A stretch of DNA of 64,000 nucleotides from Patescibacteria group bacterium. Lineage in GTDB: Bacteria > Patescibacteriota > Microgenomatia > UBA10105 > UBA927. Of this stretch, positions 41,163 to 52,106 are shown piece after piece. Each line of letters begins with the position of its first letter. Position 1 is the stretch's first letter. The notes under the pieces were generated by a model. The model was given only the letters and a program-made list of their open reading frames with translations, did not search any database and had not been told where the DNA came from. A program made the translations under genes and the position numbers. The DNA is taken from positions 2,027 through 66,026 of the forward strand of contig JBGSUE010000045.1 of assembly GCA_041753515.1 (NCBI GenBank). Direction: 5' to 3'.

Positions 41163-41660
41163 TTATGCATGCAGTGTTTTCAATTTTTGAATATGTTTAT
41201 TAATGAGTGTTTGCTGATCTTTGGCAGACAAAATCTGGCTTGTCAGCTGTTTCGTCATTTCTACAGCAAGCGTTACTGCTTCACTTTTCACGCGTGCTGC
41301 CATCCTTAAGTATTGCGCATCGGCTTCCTCCCTGGCTTTTACAAGTATCCGCTCAGCCTCCTTATGGGCATCTGCCAGTATCAACCGTTCCTGCTCCAAT
41401 GCGTCTTTTTTCGCATTCTCCATGAGGAATTTTGCGTCTTTTCTGGATGCTTCATTGTACGCACGCCGTTTTTCCTGCATTTTTTCATCTTCCTTCCTCA
41501 TCTTTTCCGTAAGTTCCAATCCTTCAGTGATTTCCAACTTCCTCTTTTCCAGCATGGAAAGAATCGGTTTATATAAAACCTTCGATAGCACAAACATGAT
41601 AATACTGAAATTGATAATTTGCGCCAAGAGTAAACTTGGCTCTATTCCTAACTGCTCCAT
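41163..41660 (-). CDS. atpF: ATP synthase Fo b subunit
   Basis: AQIINF...LYKPILSMLEKR then coiled coil. Confidence 0.93.
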   Translation of the reverse strand: MEQLGIEPSLLLAQIINFSIIMFVLSKVLYKPILSMLEKRKLEITEGLELTEKMRKEDEKMQEKRRAYNEASRKDAKFLMENAKKDALEQERLILADAHKEAERILVKAREEADAQYLRMAARVKSEAVTLAVEMTKQLTSQILSAKDQQTLINKHIQKLKTLHA

Positions 41661-41684
41661 ACGGCTCCTTTTTCAAACTCGTTC

Positions 41685-41912
41685 TTATACAAATTTAATG
41701 ATCAGGGCAACGACCAAAGCATAAATTCCAATAGCTTCAGCAAAAGCCAAACCCAAAATCATGCTTGTCCTGATATCACTCGCGGCTTCGGGATTTCGTC
41801 CAATAGCCTCCAATCCTTTCGCAGTAAGCAGTCCGATTGAAATTGCCGGTGCAATAGCACCGATTGCAATCGTCAAACCGGTCATTATTATTTTTATAGA
41901 TTCTGCATCCAT
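41685..41912 (-). CDS. atpE: ATP synthase Fo c subunit
   Basis: IGRNPEA, AFAEAIGIYALV. Confidence 0.96.
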   Translation of the reverse strand: MDAESIKIIMTGLTIAIGAIAPAISIGLLTAKGLEAIGRNPEAASDIRTSMILGLAFAEAIGIYALVVALIIKFV

Positions 41913-41949
41913 AAACGACAGTCACCTCCCTCTCCACATTATATCGCGA

Positions 41950-42771
41950 CTATGCATGTTTTACATGTTCGGCATGTTCCCCATGTGCAACCGCAACACT
42001 TAAAAATACGGCTGTAAGCATAGAAAAAACCAGGGCTTGGATAAATCCGACAAACAGCTCCAGTGCCAAAAAAGGCAGCGGCACGATATACGGCATGAGA
42101 AAAGCCATAACGGCAAGCAGAACCTCTCCGGCGAATATATTGCCAAATAGCCGGAATGCAAAAGATATGATTTTTGATGTTTCAGAAATAATTTCAAGAA
42201 TTCCGATGAAAAAATTAATGGGATTTGATATATCGATAAATCGCGTCGTGTAGGCAGCTCCGATCGTCCTGAAACCGAAATACTGTATGGCAATGACGGC
42301 GACAATCGCAATAGCCAGCGTCGTATTCACATCTGCTGTAGCCCCCCGCAGAAGCGGGGTAAATGCAGGCTGATGGTCCTTGGTTTCTTCTTCGTGAACA
42401 ACCGGCTCACCATGTACTACTTCAGGATTCTCCGATGTAATCTCTGGAGTATGGAAAAATCCGACTGTACCGACACCGGGTAATAGTCCAACCCAATTAG
42501 CAACGATGACGAAAATGAAAATCGACATAAGAAGGGGAAAAAACGTTTTCGTATGCTTTCCCGTAATTGCACCGAAAAATGAATAAAAACCTCCGATGAT
42601 CATTTCAGCGATAAGTTGGGTGTTTCCCGGCACTTTATTCACCGATCTGGTTGCCGCCCAGGAAAGATAAAAAATAATTCCCATCACGATCCATGTGGTG
42701 AGCAGTGAGTTGGTGATGGGAAACCCCCAAAGGCTTGCGATTTTTTCAGCAGCGATAGATATATGTAACAT
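41950..42771 (-). CDS. atpB: ATP synthase Fo a subunit
   Basis: NWVGLLPG, SFAFRLFGNIFAGE, FIQALVF. Confidence 0.96.
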   Translation of the reverse strand: MLHISIAAEKIASLWGFPITNSLLTTWIVMGIIFYLSWAATRSVNKVPGNTQLIAEMIIGGFYSFFGAITGKHTKTFFPLLMSIFIFVIVANWVGLLPGVGTVGFFHTPEITSENPEVVHGEPVVHEEETKDHQPAFTPLLRGATADVNTTLAIAIVAVIAIQYFGFRTIGAAYTTRFIDISNPINFFIGILEIISETSKIISFAFRLFGNIFAGEVLLAVMAFLMPYIVPLPFLALELFVGFIQALVFSMLTAVFLSVAVAHGEHAEHVKHA

Positions 42772-42776
42772 GCTTG

Positions 42777-43019
42777 TTATCTGCCAATAAGTTCTAATAT
42801 TTTTTTAATAAAACCTGCCAATGCTAATGCTGACCCGATTGCAATTCCGGCAGTTGTGTGGCCACTGTACCTCCCAACCAAACCGCCGATCACTATCGGT
42901 ATAATAATAGCATATCCTATGTTGGCAACAGTTCCCAAATCCTGAAATACATTTTCAGTCCGAACAACTCTCTTCTTTGTATCAGAGAGCTTCAGCCAGT
43001 CATCAGTACTATCTTCCAT
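42777..43019 (-). CDS. AtpZ/AtpI family protein
   Basis: Small 2-TM ORF heading the atp operon (IIIPIVIGGLVG). Confidence 0.7.
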   Translation of the reverse strand: MEDSTDDWLKLSDTKKRVVRTENVFQDLGTVANIGYAIIIPIVIGGLVGRYSGHTTAGIAIGSALALAGFIKKILELIGR

Positions 43020-43112
43020 GACATCCAAATCAAAAAACCAGCACTTCTATTACTGGTCCTCAGCAATTGTAAATTGTCAACATTCCAAAAGTCAATGCAC
43101 ATCCGTGATGTA

Positions 43113-46100
43113 TCAGACGAGCATATGAACATCATCAACAATAAGGGTCAACCGTCCATCTTTTTCATTCACTTTTCCTTTAACATAGACTGGCTGATCC
43201 TTCCGCCAGCTATTGACTGTTGCCGCATACGTTTTCGGGAATACGACCAACTCAATAGACCCGGACTGATCCTCCAGCCGGACAAATGCCATCTGAGCAC
43301 CGGATGATTTGGTTGTAATGTGTTTGATATCACGCGGCAATCCGCCGACAAGTATAAAATCTCCAACCTGAGCCTGTGATATCTCGGATATCACAGTTGC
43401 ATTCAACGCTGTGAGTTTACTTGTGTACTTTTCCATCGGATGCGCACTCAGATAAAAACCAAGAAGCTCTTTTTCCCATGTAAGAAGGGTCGATGAGTCA
43501 AGATCATCAACAACAGGAAGGCTATCAGGCAATGTGTTGTGAGACTCCGAAACGTCATCAAACAATCCTCCCTGACCTGCATCTTTCGTTTTCTTTATTT
43601 TATGCGAACGGTCAATAAGATCAGGCAGGACTGACAGGATCGAACTCCTGGCCCCGAATCTGTCCATAGCACCGGCTTTCGTCAGGCTTTCAAGAGTTTT
43701 ACGGTTGACTTTCTGCGAATCAACCCGCGAAATAAAATTACCGATTCCGGTAAACGGCCCATCACTCTTGCGTGTTTCAATAATACTTTCGATTGCTGCT
43801 GCTCCTACGTTCTTAACAGCAGACAGCCCAAAACGGATTTGACTCCCTTCAATGGTAAAGTCAATTCCGGATCCATTGATATCCGGAGTGAGAATATCAA
43901 TTCCCATGCGCTTACACTCACCGACGATGAGCGGAATTTTTTCCTCCCGGGCCGGACCTGTATTGGCACGAGATTCCGCCGAAAGCACTGCTGTCATATA
44001 TTCGACCGGGTAATTCGCTTTCAAATACGCCGTTTGGTACGCAATAATTGCGTAGCAGGCTGCATGGGCTTTGTTGAATCCGTATCCGGCAAACGGTTCA
44101 ATAAGATGGAAAATATCTTCCGCTTTCGTCTGCGACAATCCGTTTTTTACACAACCGGAGACAAACTTCTCTTTTTGCTTCTTCATTTCCGTGGGAATTT
44201 TCTTTCCGACAGCTTTCCTGAGTTTGTCTGCATCACCCCATGAATATCCGGCCAGCGTGATTGCCGTTAACAATACATCATCCTGATAGCAGATGAGGCC
44301 GTAGGATTGTTTGAGCACTTCTTCAAGCCGGGGATCAGGGTAGGTGATCGGTCCCGTCCTGTGTTTGCGGGCAATAAATTCGGGGAATACCTGCATCGGA
44401 CCTGGCCGGAAAAGGGCAACCATAGCCATCAGGTCAAATATCGATGAAGGCTGTAACTCTTTAATATATCTGCGCATTCCCCGCGACTCGAGCTGAAATA
44501 CTCCGGTCGTTTCCCCGCTTGAAAGCATCTTGTACGTTTTTTCATCATCATACGGAAGTGTTGACAGATCCAGATCGATACGTTTGGTCATTTTGATAAA
44601 CTTGAGCGCTTCGGACATGATCGTAAGATTGCGAAGTCCCAAAAAATCCATTTTGAGAAGCCCAACCCCGTCTTCGCCGACCGTATACATGTCATACTGT
44701 GTTGTAATCTTCTCGCCTTTGGATTCCCTCTGAAGCGGTGTGTATTCTTCCAATGGTTTATCCGCAATCACAACTCCCGCAGCATGTACCGATACATGCC
44801 GCGCAACTCCCTCCAATTTTTTGGCAACATCCAGAAGCTTTTTGGTATCCGGTTCAGTGCGGTAAGCAAGCGAAAGTTCGGGAGATTGGATGAGGGCCTG
44901 TTCGATCGTCATGGACCCCCCCTGAAATCCCGGAGGAATCATGCGTGCAATCCTGTCCGGTTGTGAGTATGGCATGCCCAGAGCCCGGCCGGCGTCCCTG
45001 ACTGCCCCTTTTGCCTCCATCGTGCCGAATGTGCAGATCTGTGCAACTTTGTCTGCACCGAATTTTTCCGTTACATAGGCAATGACTTCATCCCGCCGGT
45101 CATCGGCAAAATCAAGATCAATGTCCGGAGGACTGGGGCGGTATGGGTTGAGAAACCGTTCAAACGGCAGCCGGAAATACAAAGGATCGACACCGGTGAT
45201 CCGCAATATATATGACACAATTGAACCGGCACCGGAGCCCCGACCGGGTCCCACGCCAATACCGTGGTCCTTTGCCCAATTGACGAAATCCTGGACAATC
45301 AGAAAATACGTTGCATATCCTTTCGAATTGATAATAGTGAGTTCGTACTCAATCCGATCTTTCACTTCATCCGACAGATCTTTATACCTTTCCCGAACCC
45401 GTTCATACACCATGTGACGCAACAGGCTTTCAGACGTTTCGTCTTTCGGCAACGGATATTTCGGCAGGATCCATTTTCCCACAGACAGGTTGAGCGAGCA
45501 CATATCGGCAATGCGCCGGGTATTCTGGAGTGCTTCAGGATATTGAGCAAACGCTGCTTCCATCTCATCGGCGCTTTTAAGATAAAAATCGGGAGACCCG
45601 ATCATACTCATCTTGCGGTTTTTATCAAGAATCGTTGTCTGTGTTCCCACACAGAGAAGAATCTCCTGGGCTTCAGCATCGTCCGCATTTATGTAATGTG
45701 CATCGTTGGTGGCAACAAGCGGCAGACTCAATTTCCTGGCCAGTTTTACAAGTTCGTCATTCACTTGAACCTGTTCTTTTATCGCAGGATGCGATTGTAG
45801 TTCAATATAATAATGATCCGGTCCGAACAGTTCAGAATAGTTTTTTGCGGTCTTTTCCGCTTCGGCATATTTACCCTCCAATACAAGTCGCGGAATCTGT
45901 CCCTGAAGGCATGCGGACATGCAGATGACACCGTCATGATGTTTCGTCAATAAATCCCAGTCGATCCGTGGCTTGTAATAAAACCCTTCCAGATGGGCGA
46001 CCGTCACCATTTTCATGAGGTTCTTGTATCCTGTTTCGTTTTCTGCCAGAAGCACCAGGTGGTAGGGATGCGTATCGATATTTGCTTCCTTATCACGCAA

Positions 46101-46322
46101 ACTGCGTCTGGCAACATAGACTTCTACACCGATTATCGGCTTAATGCCGGCAGCTTTGGCTTTGAGGTAAAACTTGAAAGAACCGTACATGGCTCCGTGA
46201 TCGGTAATAGCCAGAGCATCCATCCCCAGTTCTTTCGTGCGGGCTATCAGGGGATCCAGCTTCCCCAACCCGTCCAGCAGTGAATATTCGCTATGGCAAT
46301 GAAGATGGACAAATTGAGACAT
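43113..46322 (-). CDS. dnaE: DNA polymerase III alpha subunit
   Basis: HCHSEYSLLDG, GRGSGAGS, PDIDLDF, YGFNKAHA, C-terminal OB fold. Confidence 0.98.
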   Translation of the reverse strand: MSQFVHLHCHSEYSLLDGLGKLDPLIARTKELGMDALAITDHGAMYGSFKFYLKAKAAGIKPIIGVEVYVARRSLRDKEANIDTHPYHLVLLAENETGYKNLMKMVTVAHLEGFYYKPRIDWDLLTKHHDGVICMSACLQGQIPRLVLEGKYAEAEKTAKNYSELFGPDHYYIELQSHPAIKEQVQVNDELVKLARKLSLPLVATNDAHYINADDAEAQEILLCVGTQTTILDKNRKMSMIGSPDFYLKSADEMEAAFAQYPEALQNTRRIADMCSLNLSVGKWILPKYPLPKDETSESLLRHMVYERVRERYKDLSDEVKDRIEYELTIINSKGYATYFLIVQDFVNWAKDHGIGVGPGRGSGAGSIVSYILRITGVDPLYFRLPFERFLNPYRPSPPDIDLDFADDRRDEVIAYVTEKFGADKVAQICTFGTMEAKGAVRDAGRALGMPYSQPDRIARMIPPGFQGGSMTIEQALIQSPELSLAYRTEPDTKKLLDVAKKLEGVARHVSVHAAGVVIADKPLEEYTPLQRESKGEKITTQYDMYTVGEDGVGLLKMDFLGLRNLTIMSEALKFIKMTKRIDLDLSTLPYDDEKTYKMLSSGETTGVFQLESRGMRRYIKELQPSSIFDLMAMVALFRPGPMQVFPEFIARKHRTGPITYPDPRLEEVLKQSYGLICYQDDVLLTAITLAGYSWGDADKLRKAVGKKIPTEMKKQKEKFVSGCVKNGLSQTKAEDIFHLIEPFAGYGFNKAHAACYAIIAYQTAYLKANYPVEYMTAVLSAESRANTGPAREEKIPLIVGECKRMGIDILTPDINGSGIDFTIEGSQIRFGLSAVKNVGAAAIESIIETRKSDGPFTGIGNFISRVDSQKVNRKTLESLTKAGAMDRFGARSSILSVLPDLIDRSHKIKKTKDAGQGGLFDDVSESHNTLPDSLPVVDDLDSSTLLTWEKELLGFYLSAHPMEKYTSKLTALNATVISEISQAQVGDFILVGGLPRDIKHITTKSSGAQMAFVRLEDQSGSIELVVFPKTYAATVNSWRKDQPVYVKGKVNEKDGRLTLIVDDVHMLV

Positions 46323-47260
46323 TATAATCTTTCATTCGAAAATACAATTTTCGATTCATCAATTGTTTCATAAACAATTTGATTCTTTTTCTTATACGCC
46401 AGTTTATATACAACACCATCATTAATTTTCTCGGCTACCACAACTGATATTTTATTTTTACTTGTTCTGTGAATTTGTTTTGCGATATTCGATGCATGCT
46501 CAGCCCGTGAATAGATTATATCAACAGTATCATTTTCATCGGAAATTGTAACACCGAGATCCATAACAGGATGCAATAATTCTTCTCGCTGAGATGTACC
46601 AATCTGGAGCCTACTGTTATGAACGATCCTTATAACCCGTAAAGCTGATTCTACTGTCGCATCCAGATTCGACAAAGTATGATCAACTCTCCTATCCATA
46701 ACATTTGGTAAAACAACACCAAATTCATCACCACCATACCTGCAAACTTCATCTTGTTGCCTAAAATTAGTTTGTAAAGTTTTTCCTACTTTTTTTAAGA
46801 CTCGGTCACCAGTTAAATGACCATGTGAATCATTAATAGATTTAAATTTATGTACATCCCCGAGAATAAGTCCTGTAGGAGCTTTATCTCGTTTATCACC
46901 ACAAAGATTATGTTCCAGCACAAATTCAAACTTCAGTCTGTTTCCACATCCTGTTAACGCATCAGTTTCGGCTGCTTTTCTATTTTGTTCGGACGCATCA
47001 GCCGATGCTGTTAGTACATAATCAGTTCCGCGTTTTTCCAATATTTTTAGTGCATCCTTACTGACTACAACACCATTTTTCAAATCTTTATTAGATACAC
47101 CATCAGTCGTTTTGACTATCGTATTTGCTTCCTCATGAGCGACAAGCGGATCAAGTATCATACCCCTCACTTCACCCTTTTTTGTATTTTTTCGTCCACG
47201 TACAACTCCCGAATCAATAAGTGGCTTTGGAATTTCTATTTGCTGTCTGTGTTCACTCAT
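46322..47260 (-). CDS. Diguanylate cyclase (GGDEF domain)
   Basis: [28 protein letters not shown]-site, RYGGDEF. Confidence 0.9.
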   Translation of the reverse strand: MSEHRQQIEIPKPLIDSGVVRGRKNTKKGEVRGMILDPLVAHEEANTIVKTTDGVSNKDLKNGVVVSKDALKILEKRGTDYVLTASADASEQNRKAAETDALTGCGNRLKFEFVLEHNLCGDKRDKAPTGLILGDVHKFKSINDSHGHLTGDRVLKKVGKTLQTNFRQQDEVCRYGGDEFGVVLPNVMDRRVDHTLSNLDATVESALRVIRIVHNSRLQIGTSQREELLHPVMDLGVTISDENDTVDIIYSRAEHASNIAKQIHRTSKNKISVVVAEKINDGVVYKLAYKKKNQIVYETIDESKIVFSNERL

Positions 47261-48596
47261 ATTTTTTTAATTTTTCAAGAATTAATTGTTGTAACTGTAC
47301 AATTTCTATTTTTTTATCTGATTTTTTCATCACCTGACCCACGAGAAACATCATGACCTGGGTTTTGCCGGATTTGTAGTCTGCGACGGCCTTGGGGTTG
47401 GCGGCCAGAACTTCTTTCACAATTTTTTCAAGCTCCACATCGTCAACATCGACAGTTTTTGATGCTTCCACAATCCTCTCAACGAGTTTTGCAGACATCA
47501 CCTCATCAATGTCAATTTTCCGGTTGATCATCCAGTTGGCGATCTTTTTGGGTGACAGATCCCGCCCAACCCGTACGGCTTCCTCAAAATAATCGGCAAC
47601 TGCAGCCGATTCGGTCAGTTGTGCGCTGTCTTGAGCATTGAGAACATAGTCAGACTCAAACCGTTTCCGTTTAGCATCGGGCAATTCTGGCAAGGTGGAC
47701 CTTAGAGTGCTGATAAATTCATCGGTCCAGACAAACGGCGGAATATCGGGTTCAGGAAAATACCGGTAATCATCTGCCTCTTCTTTACTTCGTTGTGGCA
47801 CTGTTTCATTTTTCCCTTCATTCCATCCGCGGGTTTCCTGCTTGGGCGTTTCCCCTTTTTCCAAGAGTCCGATATGGCGTTTTGTCTCATAATCAATCGC
47901 CTTTTTCACAAAAGTATACGAGTTGATATTTTTCACTTCCACTTTATATGATGGCATTTTTTGAGATTTGGGATTTGGAACTTGGGATTTCATCACGGAT
48001 ATATTCGGCTCGCACCGCATGCTTCCCTTCTCCATGTCACAATCTGAAATATCCAAGTACCTGATGATCTGGGTCAGTTTTTTGAGATATGCTTTAGCGT
48101 GATCGCCGGAGAGGATATCCGGTTCTGTCACGATCTCCACAAGCGGCACACCGCTTCTGTTGAAATCGATAAGCGTTATGGGTTGGGTGTTGAGCGTTGT
48201 GTGAATGAGTTTTCCGGTATCTTCCTCCAGGTGGACCCTGCGGATACGGACGTCACCGTAGTCCGTTTCCACACAGCCGTTCACACAAAACGGCTGGTCG
48301 TACTGGGAAATCTGATAGCCTTTGGGAAGATCCGGATAAAAATAATTTTTCCGGTCGAATTTGGACTCCAGGGGAATGTCACAACCAAGCGCCAATCCTA
48401 AACGGATTGTCCATTCAATGGCTTTGCGGTTTGGGACAGGAAGGGCGCCAGGTAAACCCAAACAGACCGGACATGTGTAGATATTGGGTTTATCCGCAAA
48501 AAACGGATCGTTCTTGCAGCCACAGAACATCTTTGATTTGGTTTTCAGTTCGACATGCACTTCCATGCCAACGATTGTTTGGTATGTTTTATTCAT
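47253..48596 (-). CDS. gatB: Asp/Glu-tRNA amidotransferase subunit B
   Basis: [36 protein letters not shown]. Confidence 0.97.
   Translation of the reverse strand: MNKTYQTIVGMEVHVELKTKSKMFCGCKNDPFFADKPNIYTCPVCLGLPGALPVPNRKAIEWTIRLGLALGCDIPLESKFDRKNYFYPDLPKGYQISQYDQPFCVNGCVETDYGDVRIRRVHLEEDTGKLIHTTLNTQPITLIDFNRSGVPLVEIVTEPDILSGDHAKAYLKKLTQIIRYLDISDCDMEKGSMRCEPNISVMKSQVPNPKSQKMPSYKVEVKNINSYTFVKKAIDYETKRHIGLLEKGETPKQETRGWNEGKNETVPQRSKEEADDYRYFPEPDIPPFVWTDEFISTLRSTLPELPDAKRKRFESDYVLNAQDSAQLTESAAVADYFEEAVRVGRDLSPKKIANWMINRKIDIDEVMSAKLVERIVEASKTVDVDDVELEKIVKEVLAANPKAVADYKSGKTQVMMFLVGQVMKKSDKKIEIVQLQQLILEKLKKYE
47961..47990. repeat. In-frame 7-nt repeat tract inside gatB
   Basis: TTGAGAT TTGGGAT TTGGAAC TTGGGAT, encoding [10 protein letters not shown]. 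Confidence 0.7.
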
Positions 48597-48628
48597 ATAG
48601 TTATTTTGTGTCAAGCCGAACGTATTAT

Positions 48629-48693
48629 TGTCATGCCGAATTTATTTCGGCATCTCGTTTAAAACCAGATCCTGAAACAAGTTCAGGATGACA
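48629..48693. repeat. REP-like doublet (GTCA-headed hairpins)
   Basis: TGTCATGCCGAATTTATTTCGGCATCT-N11-AGATCCTGAAACAAGTTCAGGATGACA. Confidence 0.85.
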
Positions 48694-48702
48694 TGTGTCA
48701 CG

Positions 48703-49959
48703 TTACGGCTTAAACCGGTCCAAAATTCTAGGAAACGGAATAGTTTCACGGACATGATCAAGTTTGCATATCCAGGCTACCAGCCGTTCCAGTCCTACCC
48801 CAAACCCCGAATGCGGGACGCTCCCGTATTTTCGCAAATCCAGATACCATCCGTAATCATCCAATGAATAACCGTGCTCTTTTATCCGCTTGAGAAGTAT
48901 ATCGTACGAATCTTCCCTCTGACCTCCGCCGATAATTTCTCCATACCCTTCAGGCGCCAGAAGATCACCGGCAAGGGCGCGACTTTCGTTTTTCGCGTCC
49001 CGCTTAAAATAAAATGCCTTAAAAGCTGTAGGGAAATGCGTCACAAAGAGCGGCCGGTCGAAATGCGTCATAAGCATCGTCTCGTCATCGTTGCCGAAAT
49101 CTTCACCCTCTTTGATGTCGCTTCCCAGTTCATGAAGTTTTTGTAGAGACTCTTCATATGTCATACGGATAAATGGCTCAGTTGATGCTTTTTCAAGAAG
49201 CACCGTATCCCTGCCGATCATTTCAAATTCCGTTCTATTTTCCGTTAATACAGTTTTCAGGATATGTTTAATCAAGCGCTCCTGAATCAAAAGATTTCCC
49301 TCGAAATCCACAAACGCCGCCTCCGCATCCATCATCCAGAACTCAATAAGATGCCTGCGGGTTTTGGATTTTTCAGCCCTCATGATCGGGCCGAAATCAT
49401 AGACCCGCCCAAAACTTGCAATTGCTGCCTCCAGATACAGCTGTCCGGATTGCGTGAGATATGCTTTCTCTCCGAAATAGTCAAGCTCGAAAAGCGTTGT
49501 CGTGCCTTCGCATGCGGAGGGAGTAATAATGGGTGAATCAAACCGGATGAAACCGTCAGTATGTAAAAATTCCTCAATTGCCCGGTATATCCGGTCACGT
49601 ATGCGCAAAATTGCCCATTGCCTGCGGCTCCTGATCCAAAGATGGCGATTGGACAATAAGAAGTCGGGGCCATGCTCTTTTTTGCCGATTGGAAATTCCT
49701 CAGTCACTAACTGCACAATCTCTAAACTTTTTACGCTTAACTCTTTCCCTCCCGGTGCCCGTGGTTCGTCATGAATATCACCGGATACGCGGATTGACGA
49801 TTCAAGAGTCAAAGATTGTGCGCATGTAAATATTTCTTCTGATACGTCACTTTTCACTACTGTTGCCTGCAGAAACCGTTTTCCATCCCGAATATGCAGA
49901 AAAATGATCCCGCCGCTTGAGCGCTTGTTATACACCCATCCTTGAATTGTCTGTTTCAT
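48703..49959 (-). CDS. asnS: Asparagine--tRNA ligase
   Basis: ACEGTT, YLTQSGQLYLE, RAEKSKTRRHLIEFWM, WYLDLRKYGSVPHSGFG. Confidence 0.95.
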   Translation of the reverse strand: MKQTIQGWVYNKRSSGGIIFLHIRDGKRFLQATVVKSDVSEEIFTCAQSLTLESSIRVSGDIHDEPRAPGGKELSVKSLEIVQLVTEEFPIGKKEHGPDFLLSNRHLWIRSRRQWAILRIRDRIYRAIEEFLHTDGFIRFDSPIITPSACEGTTTLFELDYFGEKAYLTQSGQLYLEAAIASFGRVYDFGPIMRAEKSKTRRHLIEFWMMDAEAAFVDFEGNLLIQERLIKHILKTVLTENRTEFEMIGRDTVLLEKASTEPFIRMTYEESLQKLHELGSDIKEGEDFGNDDETMLMTHFDRPLFVTHFPTAFKAFYFKRDAKNESRALAGDLLAPEGYGEIIGGGQREDSYDILLKRIKEHGYSLDDYGWYLDLRKYGSVPHSGFGVGLERLVAWICKLDHVRETIPFPRILDRFKP

Positions 49960-51365
49960 AATTTTGGCCTCCGTGTATGCCAATGGGTACTCTGTTGATA
50001 TGCATATCCCAGCTGCAACAATGTACTTTCAGAAAACATTTTCCCGACAAGCTGCATTCCGATTGGTAATCCTCCAGCGCTGAATCCGCATGGAATCGCG
50101 AGAGACGGTACACCAATGAGATTAATAAAACCTGTATACAGGTCCGCCATCATATTTTTAATCGGATCATCAAGTAGTTCACCAAATATCGGCGGAAGTG
50201 ACGGATTAACCGGAGCGATGATTGCATCATACTTTTTCAACGTCTCGGTATACGCAACTCTCAGCAGAGTTCTTGCACGTTGCGCCTTTTTATAATATGC
50301 ATCGTAATACCCTGAGGAAAGTGTGTATGTCCCCAACATAATTCGACGTTGGGTATCTTTCGTAAATACATCCCTATTCTTTCCGAATCGGATACCATCA
50401 TATCGAGCTAAGTTTGAACTCGTCTCGCTGGATACAATTATGTAGTACATGGGAACTCCGTATTCAAGCATGGGAAGTGATATTTCTTCAATAGAAACCC
50501 CAAGGGATTCCCAAATCTTTATGGAGTCAAAAATTGCGGATTTATTCTCAGGATCTAAACCTTCACCAAAATATTCTTTTGGAAGTGCCAATTTTTTTCC
50601 TTTTACAGATTCACCCAAACATTCTGTATACTTGGGTACCTCCCTGCGTGAACTTGTTGCATCATATGGATCAAAGCCAGCAATTTGTTCAAGAACCAAT
50701 GCACAATCATACGCTGAACGGGCTGTCGGCCCCATAGTGTCAAGTGATGAAGCGTACGCGATGGCTCCGTATCTTGATACACGACCATATGTTACTTTCA
50801 GTGCACTAATATTATTCCATGCGGCCGGATTTCTAATCGAACCCCCGGTATCTTCTCCTATGGCAAACGGACAATATCCTGCAGCTACTGCGGCTGCTGG
50901 TCCTCCCCCAGACCCGCCGGTACTTCGATTCACATCCCAAGGATTTCTGGGAATGGGATAATCAGTATTTTCATTTGTGGCACCATGACCCCAGGCATCC
51001 ATACTCATTTTCCCCAACAATAGTGCACCCGCATCAACCAATCGTTTATATACCGTAGCGCTATATGGCGGGATAAAATCGTTTAATAGTATAGATCCGG
51101 CCGTCGTACGCAGCCCGTGTGTAACATAGGCATCTTTCATCACAAAGGGAATACCAAAAAGCGGTAATTCTCTACCCTCACGATTTCTGTCCAACTGTTT
51201 CGCTTTGTCTAACAGTATATTTTTATCAATCAAAGATATACATGCATGAATCTGAGGTTCAAGTCTTTCGATTTGTTGATAATAAGCAGAAACCAATTCT
51301 GTAATAGATAGTTCACGCGAGCGAATTCGCTGTACTAAATCGGATATCGATAAATCGAATAACAT
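49956..51365 (-). CDS. gatA: Asp/Glu-tRNA amidotransferase subunit A
   Basis: Amidase signature GGSGGG, DTGGSIRNPA, SSNLARYDG, RIMLGTY. Confidence 0.95.
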   Translation of the reverse strand: MLFDLSISDLVQRIRSRELSITELVSAYYQQIERLEPQIHACISLIDKNILLDKAKQLDRNREGRELPLFGIPFVMKDAYVTHGLRTTAGSILLNDFIPPYSATVYKRLVDAGALLLGKMSMDAWGHGATNENTDYPIPRNPWDVNRSTGGSGGGPAAAVAAGYCPFAIGEDTGGSIRNPAAWNNISALKVTYGRVSRYGAIAYASSLDTMGPTARSAYDCALVLEQIAGFDPYDATSSRREVPKYTECLGESVKGKKLALPKEYFGEGLDPENKSAIFDSIKIWESLGVSIEEISLPMLEYGVPMYYIIVSSETSSNLARYDGIRFGKNRDVFTKDTQRRIMLGTYTLSSGYYDAYYKKAQRARTLLRVAYTETLKKYDAIIAPVNPSLPPIFGELLDDPIKNMMADLYTGFINLIGVPSLAIPCGFSAGGLPIGMQLVGKMFSESTLLQLGYAYQQSTHWHTRRPKL

Positions 51366-51366
51366 A

Positions 51367-51675
51367 CTATGTTTCGGAAAATACTGCAGGAACAACAAAA
51401 AAACCATTATATACGTGAGATGCATTTGCGAGGGCTTCTTCTTGGGATAACATTCGTGAATTATCTATCTCATCTTCCCGGAATACGTTTGTAAGTCCGG
51501 TAACCTGGGAAGTTTCAACAACCTGTTCAGTTCGCAAAGACTGAAGCTGTGAAACATAATGCACAGTAATGCTTATTTGTTTAGCTAATTCCATCGTCTG
51601 TTCAGGTGTAATAGGCAAATGAGCAAGTTTAGCGATGTGTTGAACCTCTTCCAATGGAATTGTCGACTGTTTCAT
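51367..51675 (-). CDS. gatC: Asp/Glu-tRNA amidotransferase subunit C
   Basis: VQHIAKLAHL, NVFRED, FFVVPAVF. Confidence 0.9.
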   Translation of the reverse strand: MKQSTIPLEEVQHIAKLAHLPITPEQTMELAKQISITVHYVSQLQSLRTEQVVETSQVTGLTNVFREDEIDNSRMLSQEEALANASHVYNGFFVVPAVFSET

Positions 51676-51730
51676 AAATTTTATATAAACTCCTGAGTGT
51701 ATGTGAATCATTATAGCGTATAATAGACAT

Positions 51731-52024
51731 ATGCAAAAATACCAGGAATTCTACACGAGGATGATCGATGAAAACGAAAAAGCATTCAGCGCATTTTTTG
51801 ATATCCATGATAAATATTCTGCGTGTCCGGCAGTCTACCAGGATGAATTTACGAGGATTGGAAGGGAAATTCAGGACATCATCCGGGACTATGAAAGAAA
51901 ACTCTGCGGTCACAGCGAAAAAGGCATGTACAGCAAATTTTCCCAAAACCTGTCCGAAAAATTCTGGGGATTAGTCCGCAAAGATTTCCCCAAAATCGAC
52001 TTTGTGGGGGTAAAGATTTCCTGA
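51731..52024 (+). CDS. Hypothetical protein
   Basis: 97-aa clean ORF; TATAAT 6 nt before ATG. Confidence 0.75.
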   Translation: MQKYQEFYTRMIDENEKAFSAFFDIHDKYSACPAVYQDEFTRIGREIQDIIRDYERKLCGHSEKGMYSKFSQNLSEKFWGLVRKDFPKIDFVGVKIS

Positions 52025-52106
52025 TATACTTCATCCGACTGCCTCAAGAACGTTAAAAAAACCGCACAACTAAGTATTCTTCGCTTAAATAGAAAGGATT
52101 TCACCC

